Shown in pieces: positions 43,070 to 53,393 of a stretch of 64,000 nt of DNA (its first letter is position 1; each line of letters opens with the position of its first letter). The translations under genes were made by a program, and so were the position numbers. Under the pieces are notes generated by a model, which saw only the letters and a list, made by a program, of their open reading frames with translations, had not been told where the DNA came from and did no database searches. This stretch comes from an uncultured Actinomycetes bacterium. GTDB lineage: Bacteria; Actinomycetota; UBA4738; HRBIN12. Where the stretch lies: the NCBI GenBank assembly GCA_963780015.1, contig CAWAAO010000003.1, forward strand, positions 329,402 through 393,401. The letters run 5' to 3'.

Positions 43070-44624
43070 GCTCTAGGGTCCAGTCCACGCCGCACGCCTG
43101 CCCGACCGTCGTAACACCGGGCGGATCCCGACGACCTGCTGCTGGTGCATCGCGTCCACCGCCTCGAACGAGCCGCAGGCCGCACGTCAGCTCGGTCATC
43201 ACGACGTCGCGTGGCGACCGACGCCGCCTTCCACGTTGCTACGTTGACGCCCATACGACCAGCACCGGTGGTCCGGGAATTCGCATTTGACCGCGCCCGA
43301 GAAGTGTCGCCTGCCAGGAAGATGAGCGGATCGCCCGGGGAACTGCTCACTGCCCCGGAACGACGATCGCCGGACAGAGCCCCGTTCGCGCCCGCTGCCT
43401 GCCGACGCCGCTCGTAGATGCCGTACTGCGGTGGTGCCGAATGACTGCAGCAGGATCGCGAGCTCGCTGGCGCCGTCGGCGTTGAAGTCGATCGCGGCGA
43501 ACGGGCTGCAGTCGAGGCACCACGGTCAGGCGGCCGTGTGGCCATCGATGAGACCGTCCGCCGTCGGGGTCGATCCCGGCGACCCCCTTCTCGTCGACGG
43601 GAGATCCTTGCAACCTCGGTCGCTCGACCGGCAGCCCGACGTAAACGGTGTCCGGCGCCCGTCCCCGTCGAAATCGGCGGACAGCGTGGCGACGTCGCAC
43701 AGTTCGCGTCGAGGCCGACGTAGACGCCGGGCGCCGACGTCACGCCGACCGCCGATCCGTAGAGCGGCGCGCCGCAGAGGTCCCGTGCCCGGCATCGGCG
43801 CCTGGTCGAGCGGCATCGTGTCGGTCGAGATCGCCGTGACCGTCGCGGTCGTCCCCTGGACGATCATCGATGTCGTCTGTACCTGCGCGGGCGTGAGCTT
43901 CTCCGTTCCGTACAGCTGGAAGAGCGAGCCCTGATCTCCCGTTGTGGCGCACCCGGCGCTCGACGCGTGGCGTGGCGACGTCGACCCACGCGAACTGCAG
44001 CGGGTCGCCATCTGGCGGCCCTTGGTCGAACGTGCTCGAGACGATGATCGGTTCGATGGACGGCGGGGTCGTCGTCACGGCGTAGAGCCACACGCCGAAC
44101 CCGTCGGCCCCCTCGGTCGACACGGCGATCTCGGACACGCCGTCGCCGTTCACGTCCGGCGCGGCGAACGCCTCGCACCGGAAGTAACAGTCGGGGAGCG
44201 GACCCGCGGTCGCGTCGAGCAGGCCGTCGCCCGTCACGTCGACGCCGACACCGACGAACCCGTCGTTGGCCTTGGGGCATCCGCCGTCCGACTCCTTGGT
44301 GAAGACCGCGGCCGAGCCGCCGCCGAGCTCGCTCGTCATCGGCATCGACGACACGCGGCAGGTCGGGAACGGCAGCCCCAAGTCGTCGGCCAAGGGTGCC
44401 GGCGTCGACACGCCGGGGGTCACCAGCGTGTTCGGTCGATCAACCGCGGCGAAGGCGACGAGGGCTCCCGCCAGCACCAAGACGACAACGCCGACCGCGC
44501 TCGCCCTTCTGACGATGGACCGCCGATGCTTCCGCCGGTAGATGCCCTCGACGGTGGCGGTGTCGGGCGGAACCGGGGCTGCTCGATGGATCCGTCGCTG
44601 CAGTTCGTCGTCAACGGTCGGCAT
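43070..44624 (-). CDS. single-pass membrane protein with duplicated DxxGDG/Cys-rich extracellular modules, probable anti-sigma factor (many frameshifts; 3' end uncertain)
   Basis: overlaps the ECF sigma stop; short cytoplasmic N-terminus, basic patch and TM; DVTGDG, DVNGDG, DFDGDG and DFNADG repeats. Confidence 0.6.
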
Positions 44625-45120
44625 GGTATGGCTCCTCGTCTGCTCCGTCGCGGGTTGTGAGCGTGTCGGCGAGGTGTGCGCGAGCCTTCGACAGCTGGCT
44701 CTTCACGGTGCCCTCGCTGGTGCCCATCGCCTCGGCGATCTCCTCGGTGCTGAGGTCGAGGTAGTACCGCAGGACCGCGGTCTCACGCTGTCGGCGTGGC
44801 AACGCCGCGAGCGCGCGACGAACGTCGACCGCGTCTTCGCTCGGCGCGTCCACGGTGGCTGCGCCGATCAAACGTGGTCGCGCGAGCCGTTCGACGCGTA
44901 GCCGCCGCAAGCCGCTGCGCGACAGGTTCATCGCGACCGCAGCGACCCACCGGTCGAGCGCGACGATCTGCTCGCCGCGATCCGAGCGCTCCCAGGCCCG
45001 CACGATCGCCTCCTGCACGGCGTCCTCCGCGGACGTCAGGTCGCCGGTGACGAGCGCAACCGCGCCCACCAACCGGGCATACCCGTCCCGCAGGAACAAC
45101 CGGACATCGGCCTCGTCCAC
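44611..45120 (-). CDS. ECF RNA polymerase sigma factor (SigE-like)
   Basis: AEDAVQEA region 2 and LPRRQR...EIAEAMG.SEGTVKSQLSKAR region 4. Confidence 0.93.
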   Translation of the reverse strand: MDEADVRLFLRDGYARLVGAVALVTGDLTSAEDAVQEAIVRAWERSDRGEQIVALDRWVAAVAMNLSRSGLRRLRVERLARPRLIGAATVDAPSEDAVDVRRALAALPRRQRETAVLRYYLDLSTEEIAEAMGTSEGTVKSQLSKARAHLADTLTTRDGADEEPYHADR

Positions 45121-45143
45121 GGATCCTCCTCGTCCGAGCCTAG

Positions 45144-45169
45144 GACGTCTGAGCGTCCCACGGGGTTGC
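45144..45169 (-). promoter_or_regulatory. ECF-type promoter GCAAC-N17-CGTC
   Basis: lies just upstream of the SD (GAGGAGG) of the ECF gene. Confidence 0.65.
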
Positions 45170-45194
45170 CTCGACCCTCCGGTATGGTGGCGCG

Positions 45195-45901
45195 ATGCCC
45201 CAGGTCACCTGCCCCCGATGTGGCACGCGCCAGCCTCTGGCCGACGGAGCAGATGGCTACACGTGCGAGTCCTGCGGCGCTTCGTGGATGTTCGCGGCCT
45301 GCGAGAACTGTGGGGTGCGGTTCCACATGCGCCCCGGCACGACGGATTGGACCTGCCCGGAATGCGGTCACGAACACGGCAGCGCGACGATGGGAGCGTT
45401 CGAGCCCGAGCCCGACCTCGAGCCCGCGTCTCGGTTCGGCCGAGCAACCGGCACAGGGACCTGCGCACGTCAAGAGATCCACGGCCGCACCCACCCGCAC
45501 GCGCCGGCCGCCGACCCGAGCTCGCCTGGCCACGATCGCGATCGTCGGGATCGTCGCGGTCGTCGCGATCGCGTTCGGACTGTCCTCGTTGGGTGACGAG
45601 ACGACCGCGGCGCCGTCTCCCTCGACGTCCGCCCACACCGTCGTTGACGACGACGCAGGCGCTCTGTCTGCACCTCCGTGACCTGCAGACACCTCGTGAG
45701 GATGCGTATGACGCGACTCGGGGATACGCTCAAGGCCGACGCGATCACGATCAAAGCCGAGGGGGACACGGAACTCACGGCGGCCGTGCTTCGCATGCGC
45801 AAGGCAGTGCTCGCGTATCGCGACGCGCTTGCGGCGCACGGCGATACGAGCGCCGCCGCCGCCGAGATCGCGGAACCGCGATCGGCGCGATGCCGTGCTG
45901 A
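45195..45901 (+). CDS. multi-zinc-ribbon membrane protein (frameshifted)
   Basis: CPRC, CESC, CENC and CPEC, then TM, S/T/P linker and a helical C-terminal domain. Confidence 0.6.
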
Positions 45902-45911
45902 TCGGCCCGCG

Positions 45912-45938
45912 TTAGCACTCTGCGGCCGAGAGTGCCAG
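45912..45938 (+). promoter_or_regulatory. CIRCE operator
   Basis: TTAGCACTC-N9-GAGTGCCAG immediately upstream of hrcA. Confidence 0.93.
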
Positions 45939-45951
45939 CTATCATCGCCTC

Positions 45952-46992
45952 ATGGCCGAACGTCCGGAGTTGACGACGCGCAAGGCGACCGTGCTGCACA
46001 CGATCGTCGAGGCCTACGTCGCCACGGGCGAGCCCGTCGGGTCGGAGGCGATCGCGGAACGAGCCAAGCTCGGCGTTTCGAGCGCCACCATCCGCAACGA
46101 GATGGCGGCGCTCGAGGAGCAGGGCTACCTCACCCACCCGCATACGTCCGCCGGCCGGATCCCCACCGACGCCGGCTATCGCCACTACGTCGACACCCTG
46201 CCCGCGCCCGCCCGCTTGAAGGATGCCCAGCGTCGCCAGATCGCCTCGCATTTCGCGGAGGTGATCCTGGACCTCGAGGAGGTGCTGAAGGGCTCGGTGC
46301 ACCTGTTGTCGCGGCTCACCCAGTACGCGGGTCTCGCGGTCCCACCCGGCGCCTCCGACGAGCACCTGGTGCGGCTCGAGGTGATCGACATGGGACCGAC
46401 GCTGCTCGTGCTCGTCGTGGGGCAGCACGGACGTGTCGACAAGCAGATCGTCGACCGGCCGGAACACATCGACGCGAAGGCCCTGTCGTCTGCCGAGCCG
46501 CGGCTGGGCGCGGTGCGCGGCACCACGTATCTCGACGCGCAGGCAACGCTGCTGCGGATGGCGGCCACCGAGCCCGCCGGGCCCCATGACGTCTTGTTGA
46601 TCGCCGCCGACGTGCTCCGCATGGCGACCCAGGGCGAGCGGGCCGGGCACGTGGTCGTGGGCGGGGTCGCGAACCTGACCGACGACACGCAGGTCTGGCG
46701 TCGCGACACCCTGCGCCGCCTCGTCGAGACCCTCGAGCGGGAGCAGGAGATGGTTCGGGTGCTCCAGGACGTCGCTCCCGCCGAGGACGTGCGTGTCACG
46801 ATCGGCGAGGAGCATCCGACCACGGGCGAGTGGGGCGCCTCGATCGTGGCCGCACCGTTCACCGCGGGCGATGCGACGGTCGGGACGATCGGCATCGTCG
46901 GCCCGACGCGCATGGACTATCTCTCCGCGATGGCGGCGGTCCGCGCGGTCGCCAAGCGATTGTCCGACGCCGCGGTCGAATCGGAGCAGTAG
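45952..46992 (+). CDS. hrcA: heat-inducible transcription repressor HrcA
   Basis: EPVGS, SSATIRNEM, PHTSAGRIPT and GPTRMDY motifs. Confidence 0.98.
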   Translation: MAERPELTTRKATVLHTIVEAYVATGEPVGSEAIAERAKLGVSSATIRNEMAALEEQGYLTHPHTSAGRIPTDAGYRHYVDTLPAPARLKDAQRRQIASHFAEVILDLEEVLKGSVHLLSRLTQYAGLAVPPGASDEHLVRLEVIDMGPTLLVLVVGQHGRVDKQIVDRPEHIDAKALSSAEPRLGAVRGTTYLDAQATLLRMAATEPAGPHDVLLIAADVLRMATQGERAGHVVVGGVANLTDDTQVWRRDTLRRLVETLEREQEMVRVLQDVAPAEDVRVTIGEEHPTTGEWGASIVAAPFTAGDATVGTIGIVGPTRMDYLSAMAAVRAVAKRLSDAAVESEQ

Positions 46993-48105
46993 TGGCGCCG
47001 GTTCGCGATCTGTACGAGGTGCTCGGCATCGGGCGCGATGCGACCGATGACGACATCCGGAAGGCATACCGGCGCCTGGCGCGGGAGCACCACCCCGACG
47101 TGAGCGGCGATCCCGCGGCCGAGGAGCGCTTCAAGGAGGTCGCGGGCGCCTACGAGATCTTGTCCGACCCGCAGAAGCGCGCGCGCTACGACACGTTCGG
47201 CAGCGCGAACGGCCCCAGCACCGCCGGCTTCACCGATATCTCCGACATCTTCGAGATGTTCTTCGGCGGAGGCGGGCTCGGTGGGTTCGGTGGGCAGTCG
47301 CGGCGTCGCGGTCCGCGCGGGCGCGCCCAGCGCGGAGAGGATCTGGCCTTCCGCATGCGGCTCGACTTCCGGGACGCGGCGTTCGGGTTGCGTCGCGACG
47401 TCGATCTCGAGCGGCTGGTGGTGTGCGAGACATGCCTCGGCAACGGCGCGCAGCCGGGAACCGCGCCGGTGGCCTGCCGCACCTGCGGCGGCGTGGGCGA
47501 GGTCCAGTCCGCGCGGCGCAGCGTGTTCGGCACCCTGATGACGAGCGCGCCGTGCCCAACCTGCGAAGGGCACCGGACAGGAGATCCCCGACAAGTGCGT
47601 CACCTGCGGCGGCGCGGGGCGTGTGCGCGAGACCGCCACCGTGACGCTGGAGATCCCCGCCGGCGTGTCCGACGGGATGGAGCTGCGCGTCGGGGGATCG
47701 GGGCACGCGGGGATCGCGGGCGCGCCCGCCGGCGACCTGTACGTGCGTCTCGACGTCGAGCCACCGGTCGAGTTCGAGCGGCGGAACCAGGACCTGTACA
47801 CGGTGCTCGACATCTCGATCACGCAGGCCACGCTTGGCGCCGAGATCGTGGTCCCCGGTCTGGACGGGCCCGAGACGATCCGGATCGAGCCCGGCACGCC
47901 CTCGGGCGCGGTCGTGCGGCTCAAGGGCCGCGGGGTCCCGAACCTGCAGCGTCGCGGGCGCGGCGACCTCTATGTCACGCTGCACGTCGTGGCGCCGACC
48001 GACCTGTCTCGTGAGGAACGGAAACTCCTCGAGCAGCTTGCCGAGCTCCGCGGCGAGCCGAGCAAGGGCGCGGTCGAGCGCCCGGTTCGCCGCCCGGGGC
48101 ATTAG
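46992..48105 (+). CDS. dnaJ: chaperone DnaJ (frameshift near 47570)
   Basis: J domain with HPD, G/F-rich region and four CxxCxGxG repeats. Confidence 0.97.
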
Positions 48106-48114
48106 GCTCGCGGC

Positions 48115-48465
48115 ATGTACGACAGCAGCTGCATCTTCTGCAAGATCGCCGCCCGTGAGATCCCCTCGGAGATCCTGCGGGAGTCCGATCGGGTGGTGGC
48201 CTTCCGGGACCTGGACCCGAAGGCGCCCACGCACATCCTGCTGATCCCCAAGGACCACATCGGGTCGCTCGAAGACGTCACCGACGAGCACGGGGCGATG
48301 CTGGCCGACATCGCCCAGGCTGCGGCCCATCTCGCCCGCACGGAGGGGATCGACCAGACCGGCTGGCGTCTCGTCTCGAACGTGGGACCCGATGCGGGGC
48401 AGAGCGTCTTTCATCTGCACTTCCACCTGCTGGGCGGGCGGAAGATGCTGTGGCCACCCGGCTAG
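48115..48465 (+). CDS. histidine triad (HINT) protein
   Basis: CIFCKI and GQSVFHLHFHLLGG motifs. Confidence 0.95.
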   Translation: MYDSSCIFCKIAAREIPSEILRESDRVVAFRDLDPKAPTHILLIPKDHIGSLEDVTDEHGAMLADIAQAAAHLARTEGIDQTGWRLVSNVGPDAGQSVFHLHFHLLGGRKMLWPPG

Positions 48466-48557
48466 GACGGGGTACGATAGGAGCGGCCGTCCGCAAGGGA
48501 CGGCCATCGTCATCGGAGCAGGAGGGAACGGGGCTCGGCCCCGGATCGACAAGACAC

Positions 48558-49556
48558 GTGGCAACCGCCACCACGCAAGTGAAGATCCTCGTCCCCGGGC
48601 ACCAGTCGATGGTGACCCTGCTCGGCCAGCGCGACTCTTTCTTGAAGCAGATCGAGAAGGCGTTCGCCGCCGACGTCCTCGTCCGAGGCAACGAGATCAC
48701 GATCACCGGGCGCCCCGAGGTCACCGAGCAGGTCGGTCGCGTGTTCGAGGAGCTCCTCGAGCTGCTCGAGCAGGGGCTCGAGCTGAGCGAGGAGAGCGTC
48801 GGGCAGACGATCGCGATGGTCAGCGGCGCCGAGGCCGCCGCGGGTGCGGAGGGCGCGCCACGGCCATCCGAGGTGCTCGGCGACAACCTGCTCTCGGCCC
48901 GCGGCAAGAAGATCGCGCCCAAGACCTTCGGCCAGAAGCGATACGTCGATGCGATCCGCCGCTCGACCGTGACGTTCGCGATCGGGCCGGCCGGTACCGG
49001 CAAGACCTATCTCGCGGTGGCGGTGGCGGTGCGCGCGCTGCAGGAACGTCAGGTGTCGCGGCTGATCCTGACACGTCCCGCCGTGGAGGCCGGCGAGCGT
49101 CTCGGCTTCCTGCCGGGCACGCTCTACGAGAAGATCGACCCGTACATGCGCCCGCTCTACGACGCGCTCTACGAGATGACCGGGCCCGACACCTTGCCTC
49201 GTCTGATGGAGCGCGGCGTGGTCGAGGTTGCGCCCCTGGCTTTTATGCGTGGGAGCACGCTGAATGATGCGTTCATCATCCTCGACGAGGCGCAGAACAC
49301 GACGCCCGAGCAGATGAAGATGTTCCTGACCCGTCTGGGGTTCGGGTCGAAGGCCGTCATCAGCGGCGACGCCACCCAGATCGACCTGCAGGGCGGGGCC
49401 AGCGGCCTCGGCGTGGTGGAAGACATCCTCAGCGACATCGAGGGGATATCCTTCGTGCACCTTGGGGGCAAAGACGTGGTGCGCCACAAGATCGTGCAGG
49501 AGATCGTCGAGGCCTACGGGCGCTTCGGTCAGCAGCACCTCGCGGTCGATGACTGA
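48558..49556 (+). CDS. phoH: PhoH-family ATPase
   Basis: GPAGTGKTYLA, RPAVEAGE.LGFLPG, DEAQN and VVRH motifs. Confidence 0.96.
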   Translation: MATATTQVKILVPGHQSMVTLLGQRDSFLKQIEKAFAADVLVRGNEITITGRPEVTEQVGRVFEELLELLEQGLELSEESVGQTIAMVSGAEAAAGAEGAPRPSEVLGDNLLSARGKKIAPKTFGQKRYVDAIRRSTVTFAIGPAGTGKTYLAVAVAVRALQERQVSRLILTRPAVEAGERLGFLPGTLYEKIDPYMRPLYDALYEMTGPDTLPRLMERGVVEVAPLAFMRGSTLNDAFIILDEAQNTTPEQMKMFLTRLGFGSKAVISGDATQIDLQGGASGLGVVEDILSDIEGISFVHLGGKDVVRHKIVQEIVEAYGRFGQQHLAVDD

Positions 49557-49562
49557 ACACGC

Positions 49563-50012
49563 ATGAGCGACCTCGACGAACCGTCGCCCACCACCGCCAC
49601 GGTGCTGATCAGCAACCGTCAGAGCGCCACGGTCGATGAGGTGGGGCTGGCCCGCCTGGCGCGCGCCACCCTCGCCGGGGAAGGGGTCCTCGACGCCGAG
49701 CTGTCCGTCAGCTTCGTCGAGGAGGCCGAGATCGAGGATCTGCACGTCCGCTACATGGACGAGCCGGGGCCGACCGACGTGCTGAGCTTCCCGCTGGACG
49801 ACGTGGACGAGGGCGGCACGCGGTTGCTCGGCGACGTCGTGATCGCCCCGGCGGTCGCCGCGCGCAACAACCCGTCGGATCCCGAGGCGGAGCTGCGGCT
49901 GCTGCTCGTGCACGGCATCCTGCACCTGCTCGGCTACGACCACGAGGTCGACGCGGAGAAGGCCGAGATGTGGGCGCGACAGGAGCGATACAGCGGGGTG
50001 CGGGCGCCATGA
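49563..50012 (+). CDS. ybeY: rRNA maturation RNase YbeY
   Basis: PTDVLSFP and HGILHLLGYDH motifs. Confidence 0.96.
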   Translation: MSDLDEPSPTTATVLISNRQSATVDEVGLARLARATLAGEGVLDAELSVSFVEEAEIEDLHVRYMDEPGPTDVLSFPLDDVDEGGTRLLGDVVIAPAVAARNNPSDPEAELRLLLVHGILHLLGYDHEVDAEKAEMWARQERYSGVRAP

Positions 50013-51289
50013 CCACCACCGATTGGCTCTCGATCCTCGTGGTCGTGGTCTCGATCGTGATGGTGGGGTTCTTCGCCGCGTCCGAGGTCGCCATCACGCG
50101 GACGAACCGCGTGCGCGCCGTGCGCCTGCGCGAGGACGGTCGCCGCGGCTCGATCCCGCTCGCCCGCATCGTCGAGAACCCCGCTCCGTATCTGAACGTG
50201 GTGCTGTTCCTCACGTTGCTGTTCACGATCGGTGGCTCGACCGTGGCGACATCGTTCGCGGTGCGGCACTACGAGAGCGCCGGCGAGATCGTTGCGACCA
50301 TCTCGATGACGCTGCTGCTGTTCATCTTCGCGGAGGTCACGCCCAAGACCTTCGCGATCAAGCGCACCGACAACGTCGCGCTGGTGATCGCGCCGGTGAT
50401 CGGCTTCCTGGGCAAGGTGCTCGGCCCGATCGCGAACGCGTTGCTGAGGCTCGCGAACGTCCTCATGCCGGGCAAGGGTCTGAAGGAAGGCCCCTACATC
50501 ACCGAGCAGGAGCTCCGCGCCAGCGCCGAGGTCGCCTCCTCCGAGGGCGAGATCGAGGAGGAGGAGAAGGAGCTGATCCACTCCATCTTCGAGTTCGGCG
50601 ACACGATCGCGCGCGAGGTCATGGTGCCGCGCCCCGACATCGTGGCCGTCGAGGACACGCAGTCGCTCCGCGACGTGCAGGCGCTGGTGCTCGAGCACGG
50701 CTACTCGCGCATCCCCGTGTATCACGAGGATCTCGACGACGTGGTCGGGGTGGTGTTCGCGAAGGACGTCCTGAAGGCTCTGCATCAGGGCACCGTCGAG
50801 ATGCCGCTGGCCGACATCGTGCGCCAGGCCCACTACGTGCCGGAGTCCAAGAAGGTCGCGGACCTGCTGCGCGAGATGCAGCGGGAGAAGTTCCACCAGG
50901 CGCTCGTCACCGACGAATACGGGTCGGTGACGGGGATCGTGGCGCTCGAGGACCTGCTGGAGGAGCTCGTGGGCGAGATCACCGACGAGTACGACGTCGA
51001 GGAGCCCGAGATGGTCGAGGTGGGCGACGGCGTCTACCGGGTGTCCGGCAAGACCTCGATCGACGACCTCAACGACACGCTCGGCACGGCCCTGCCCGAT
51101 GAAGAGTGGGACACGGTGGGCGGGCTCGTCCTCGACATCTTCGGGAAGATCCCCGATGCGGGAGAGGAAGCCGACTTCCAGGGCCTGCGCTTCCGCGCCG
51201 AGGAGGTCCAGGGCCGTCGGGTGGCCACCGTGGTGATCACACGCGTCCCGGTCGAGGTCCTCGAGGACGACGTCACCGACGATGGCTGA
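50009..51289 (+). CDS. CNNM/CBS/CorC (hemolysin-family) protein
   Basis: FFAASE, EVTPK, EVMVPR, YSRIPVY, EDLLEELVGEI and TVGG motifs. Confidence 0.93.
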   Translation: MTTTDWLSILVVVVSIVMVGFFAASEVAITRTNRVRAVRLREDGRRGSIPLARIVENPAPYLNVVLFLTLLFTIGGSTVATSFAVRHYESAGEIVATISMTLLLFIFAEVTPKTFAIKRTDNVALVIAPVIGFLGKVLGPIANALLRLANVLMPGKGLKEGPYITEQELRASAEVASSEGEIEEEEKELIHSIFEFGDTIAREVMVPRPDIVAVEDTQSLRDVQALVLEHGYSRIPVYHEDLDDVVGVVFAKDVLKALHQGTVEMPLADIVRQAHYVPESKKVADLLREMQREKFHQALVTDEYGSVTGIVALEDLLEELVGEITDEYDVEEPEMVEVGDGVYRVSGKTSIDDLNDTLGTALPDEEWDTVGGLVLDIFGKIPDAGEEADFQGLRFRAEEVQGRRVATVVITRVPVEVLEDDVTDDG

Positions 51290-51677
51290 CGCACGCCTCG
51301 ACGCGCTGGTCGAGGCCGCCCGTTCGGCCCGCACGCGAGCCTACGCGCCGTACTCGGACTTCGCGGTCGGCGCGGCCGCGCTCGGCGGCGACCGCATCTT
51401 CACCGGTGGCAACGTGGAGAACGCGAGCTTCCCGGTGTCGGTCTGCGCCGAACGCAACGCCGTTGCGGCGATGCTCGACGGTGGCCAGCAACGGCTGGAC
51501 GCGATCGCCATCGTGACCGACGCGGCCGCGCCCGCGCCGCCGTGCGGCGCGTGCCGGCAGGTGCTCTGGGAGTTCGGCCCGAACGCGCTCGTGGTCTCCG
51601 AGACGCTCGCCGGCGAGCGTCTCGTGTGGGCGCTCGAGGATCTCCTCCCCGCCCCGTTCGAGCGAGGCCCGCGGTGA
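51282..51677 (+). CDS. cdd: cytidine deaminase
   Basis: AYAPYS, NVENAS, CAE and PCGACRQ motifs. Confidence 0.96.
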   Translation: MADARLDALVEAARSARTRAYAPYSDFAVGAAALGGDRIFTGGNVENASFPVSVCAERNAVAAMLDGGQQRLDAIAIVTDAAAPAPPCGACRQVLWEFGPNALVVSETLAGERLVWALEDLLPAPFERGPR

Positions 51678-52567
51678 GTTCGCCGGCCGGGTTCCGCAGC
51701 GGGATCGTCGCCGTGGTGGGGCGGCCGAATGTCGGGAAGTCCACCCTCGTCAACGCGCTCGTCGGTCAGAAGGTGGCGATCGTGTCGAACAAGCCGCAGA
51801 CCACCCAGCGCGACATCCGCGCGATCTGGAACACCGAGGGTGCGCAGATCGTGTTCACCGATACACCCGGCTACCACAAGCCCAAGACCTTGCTCGGCGT
51901 GCGCCTGAACGATCTCGTCGGCGACGCGGTCGACGGCGTCGACCTCATCGTGCAGGTCGTCGATGCCGCCGCCGGCATCGGTACGGGCGACGCCTTCGTC
52001 TATCGCGAGAAGGTCGCGCCCGCCGGCGCGCCGGCGATCTGCGTCGTGAACAAGGTCGACGCGGTCCAGAAGCGCGCGGAACTGCCGCAGCTCCTCGCCG
52101 CGGCGGAGCTCGGAGCCTTCGATGAGATCGTGCCGATGTCGGCCAAGCTCGGCAAGGGCATCGGGTTGTTGCGGGATCTGATCGTGGACCGGCTCCCGGA
52201 AGGCCCGCCGCTGTACCCCAGCGAGGACGTCACCGACCAGTCGATGGAGTCCCGACTGGCCGAACTGATCCGCGAGCAGGCCCTGCACGTGACCCACCAG
52301 GAGGTGCCGCATTCGATCGCGATCGTGATCGAGGAGATCGAGCGCGACGGGGAGCTCGTGAAGATCCACGCATCGTTGATCGTGGAGCGCGACTCGCAGA
52401 AGGGCATCGTGATCGGCCAGGGCGGCGCCACCCTCAAGAAGATCGGCACACGCGCCCGCGAGGAGATGGAGCAGCTGCTCGGCGCGAAGGTCTACCTGGA
52501 CCTCCGGGTGAAGGTGCTGCGGGAATGGCAGCGGGATCCGAAGGCGCTCGAGCGACTGGGGTTCTAG
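51674..52567 (+). CDS. era: GTPase Era
   Basis: GRPNVGKST, PQTT, DTPG, NKVD and KH-domain SQKGIVIG. Confidence 0.97.
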   Translation: MSSPAGFRSGIVAVVGRPNVGKSTLVNALVGQKVAIVSNKPQTTQRDIRAIWNTEGAQIVFTDTPGYHKPKTLLGVRLNDLVGDAVDGVDLIVQVVDAAAGIGTGDAFVYREKVAPAGAPAICVVNKVDAVQKRAELPQLLAAAELGAFDEIVPMSAKLGKGIGLLRDLIVDRLPEGPPLYPSEDVTDQSMESRLAELIREQALHVTHQEVPHSIAIVIEEIERDGELVKIHASLIVERDSQKGIVIGQGGATLKKIGTRAREEMEQLLGAKVYLDLRVKVLREWQRDPKALERLGF

Positions 52568-52605
52568 GCCACCTGCAGCGACTCGGTCGACGTAGGCTCC
52601 CCGAC

Positions 52606-53333
52606 GTGGACGCCGATCGTGCGCTGCTGATCCGTTGCCTCGATCTGACGTCGTTGGGCGATGGCGGACGACGCCGATGCCATCGTCGCGTTGTGCGCTC
52701 GGGCCGCCGAGCCCGTGCGAGGACAGCCCGATCTCACGGTGGCCGCCGTGTGCGTCTGGCCGCGGTTCGTGCCGGTGGCGCGGGAGTCGCTGGCCGGTTC
52801 ACCGGTTCGGATCGCGTGCGCGACCGGGGGTTTCCCCATGCCGGATGCGCCGCTCGCGCAGCGGCTCGATCAGATCAAGGCGTCGGTCGACGCCGGCGCC
52901 GACGAGGTGGACGTCGTCGTGAACCGGCGTCTGCTGGACGAGCCCGAGGCGTTGGCGGCAGAGCTCGACGCGACCCGTGCGGCGGCGGGGCCTGCGATCT
53001 GGAAGGCCATCCTCGAGACCGGCGCGCTGACCCCGGAGGGCATGCGCCAGCCTCGCCGATGCATCGATCGCGGCCGGCGCCGACTTCCTCAAGACCTCGA
53101 CCGGGAAGGGCGCGCCCGGGGCGACCCCGGCGGCGGTCGCCATCGTGGCCGAGCGGCTCGCCGCAGCCGGCCGGCCGGTGGGGCTCAAGGTCAGCGGTGG
53201 GGTCCGGGAGGTGCCCGATGCGACCGACTACCTCGCCATGGTTCGGGTGACGCTCGGCGCCGCCTGGCCGACCCCCGCGACCTTCCGGATCGGGGCATCC
53301 ACCCTGCTGGAAGCCCTTGTGGCCGAGCCCTGA
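52606..53333 (+). CDS. deoC: deoxyribose-phosphate aldolase (frameshifted)
   Basis: LDLTSL, AAVCV, GADEVD, KAILETG, FLKTSTGK, KVSGGV and RIGAS across frames. Confidence 0.92.
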
Positions 53334-53393
53334 CACCGAAAGAACACACCGCAGCCATCCCCTCGGGGGCATGCCGGGCGCTACCATCCGCGC

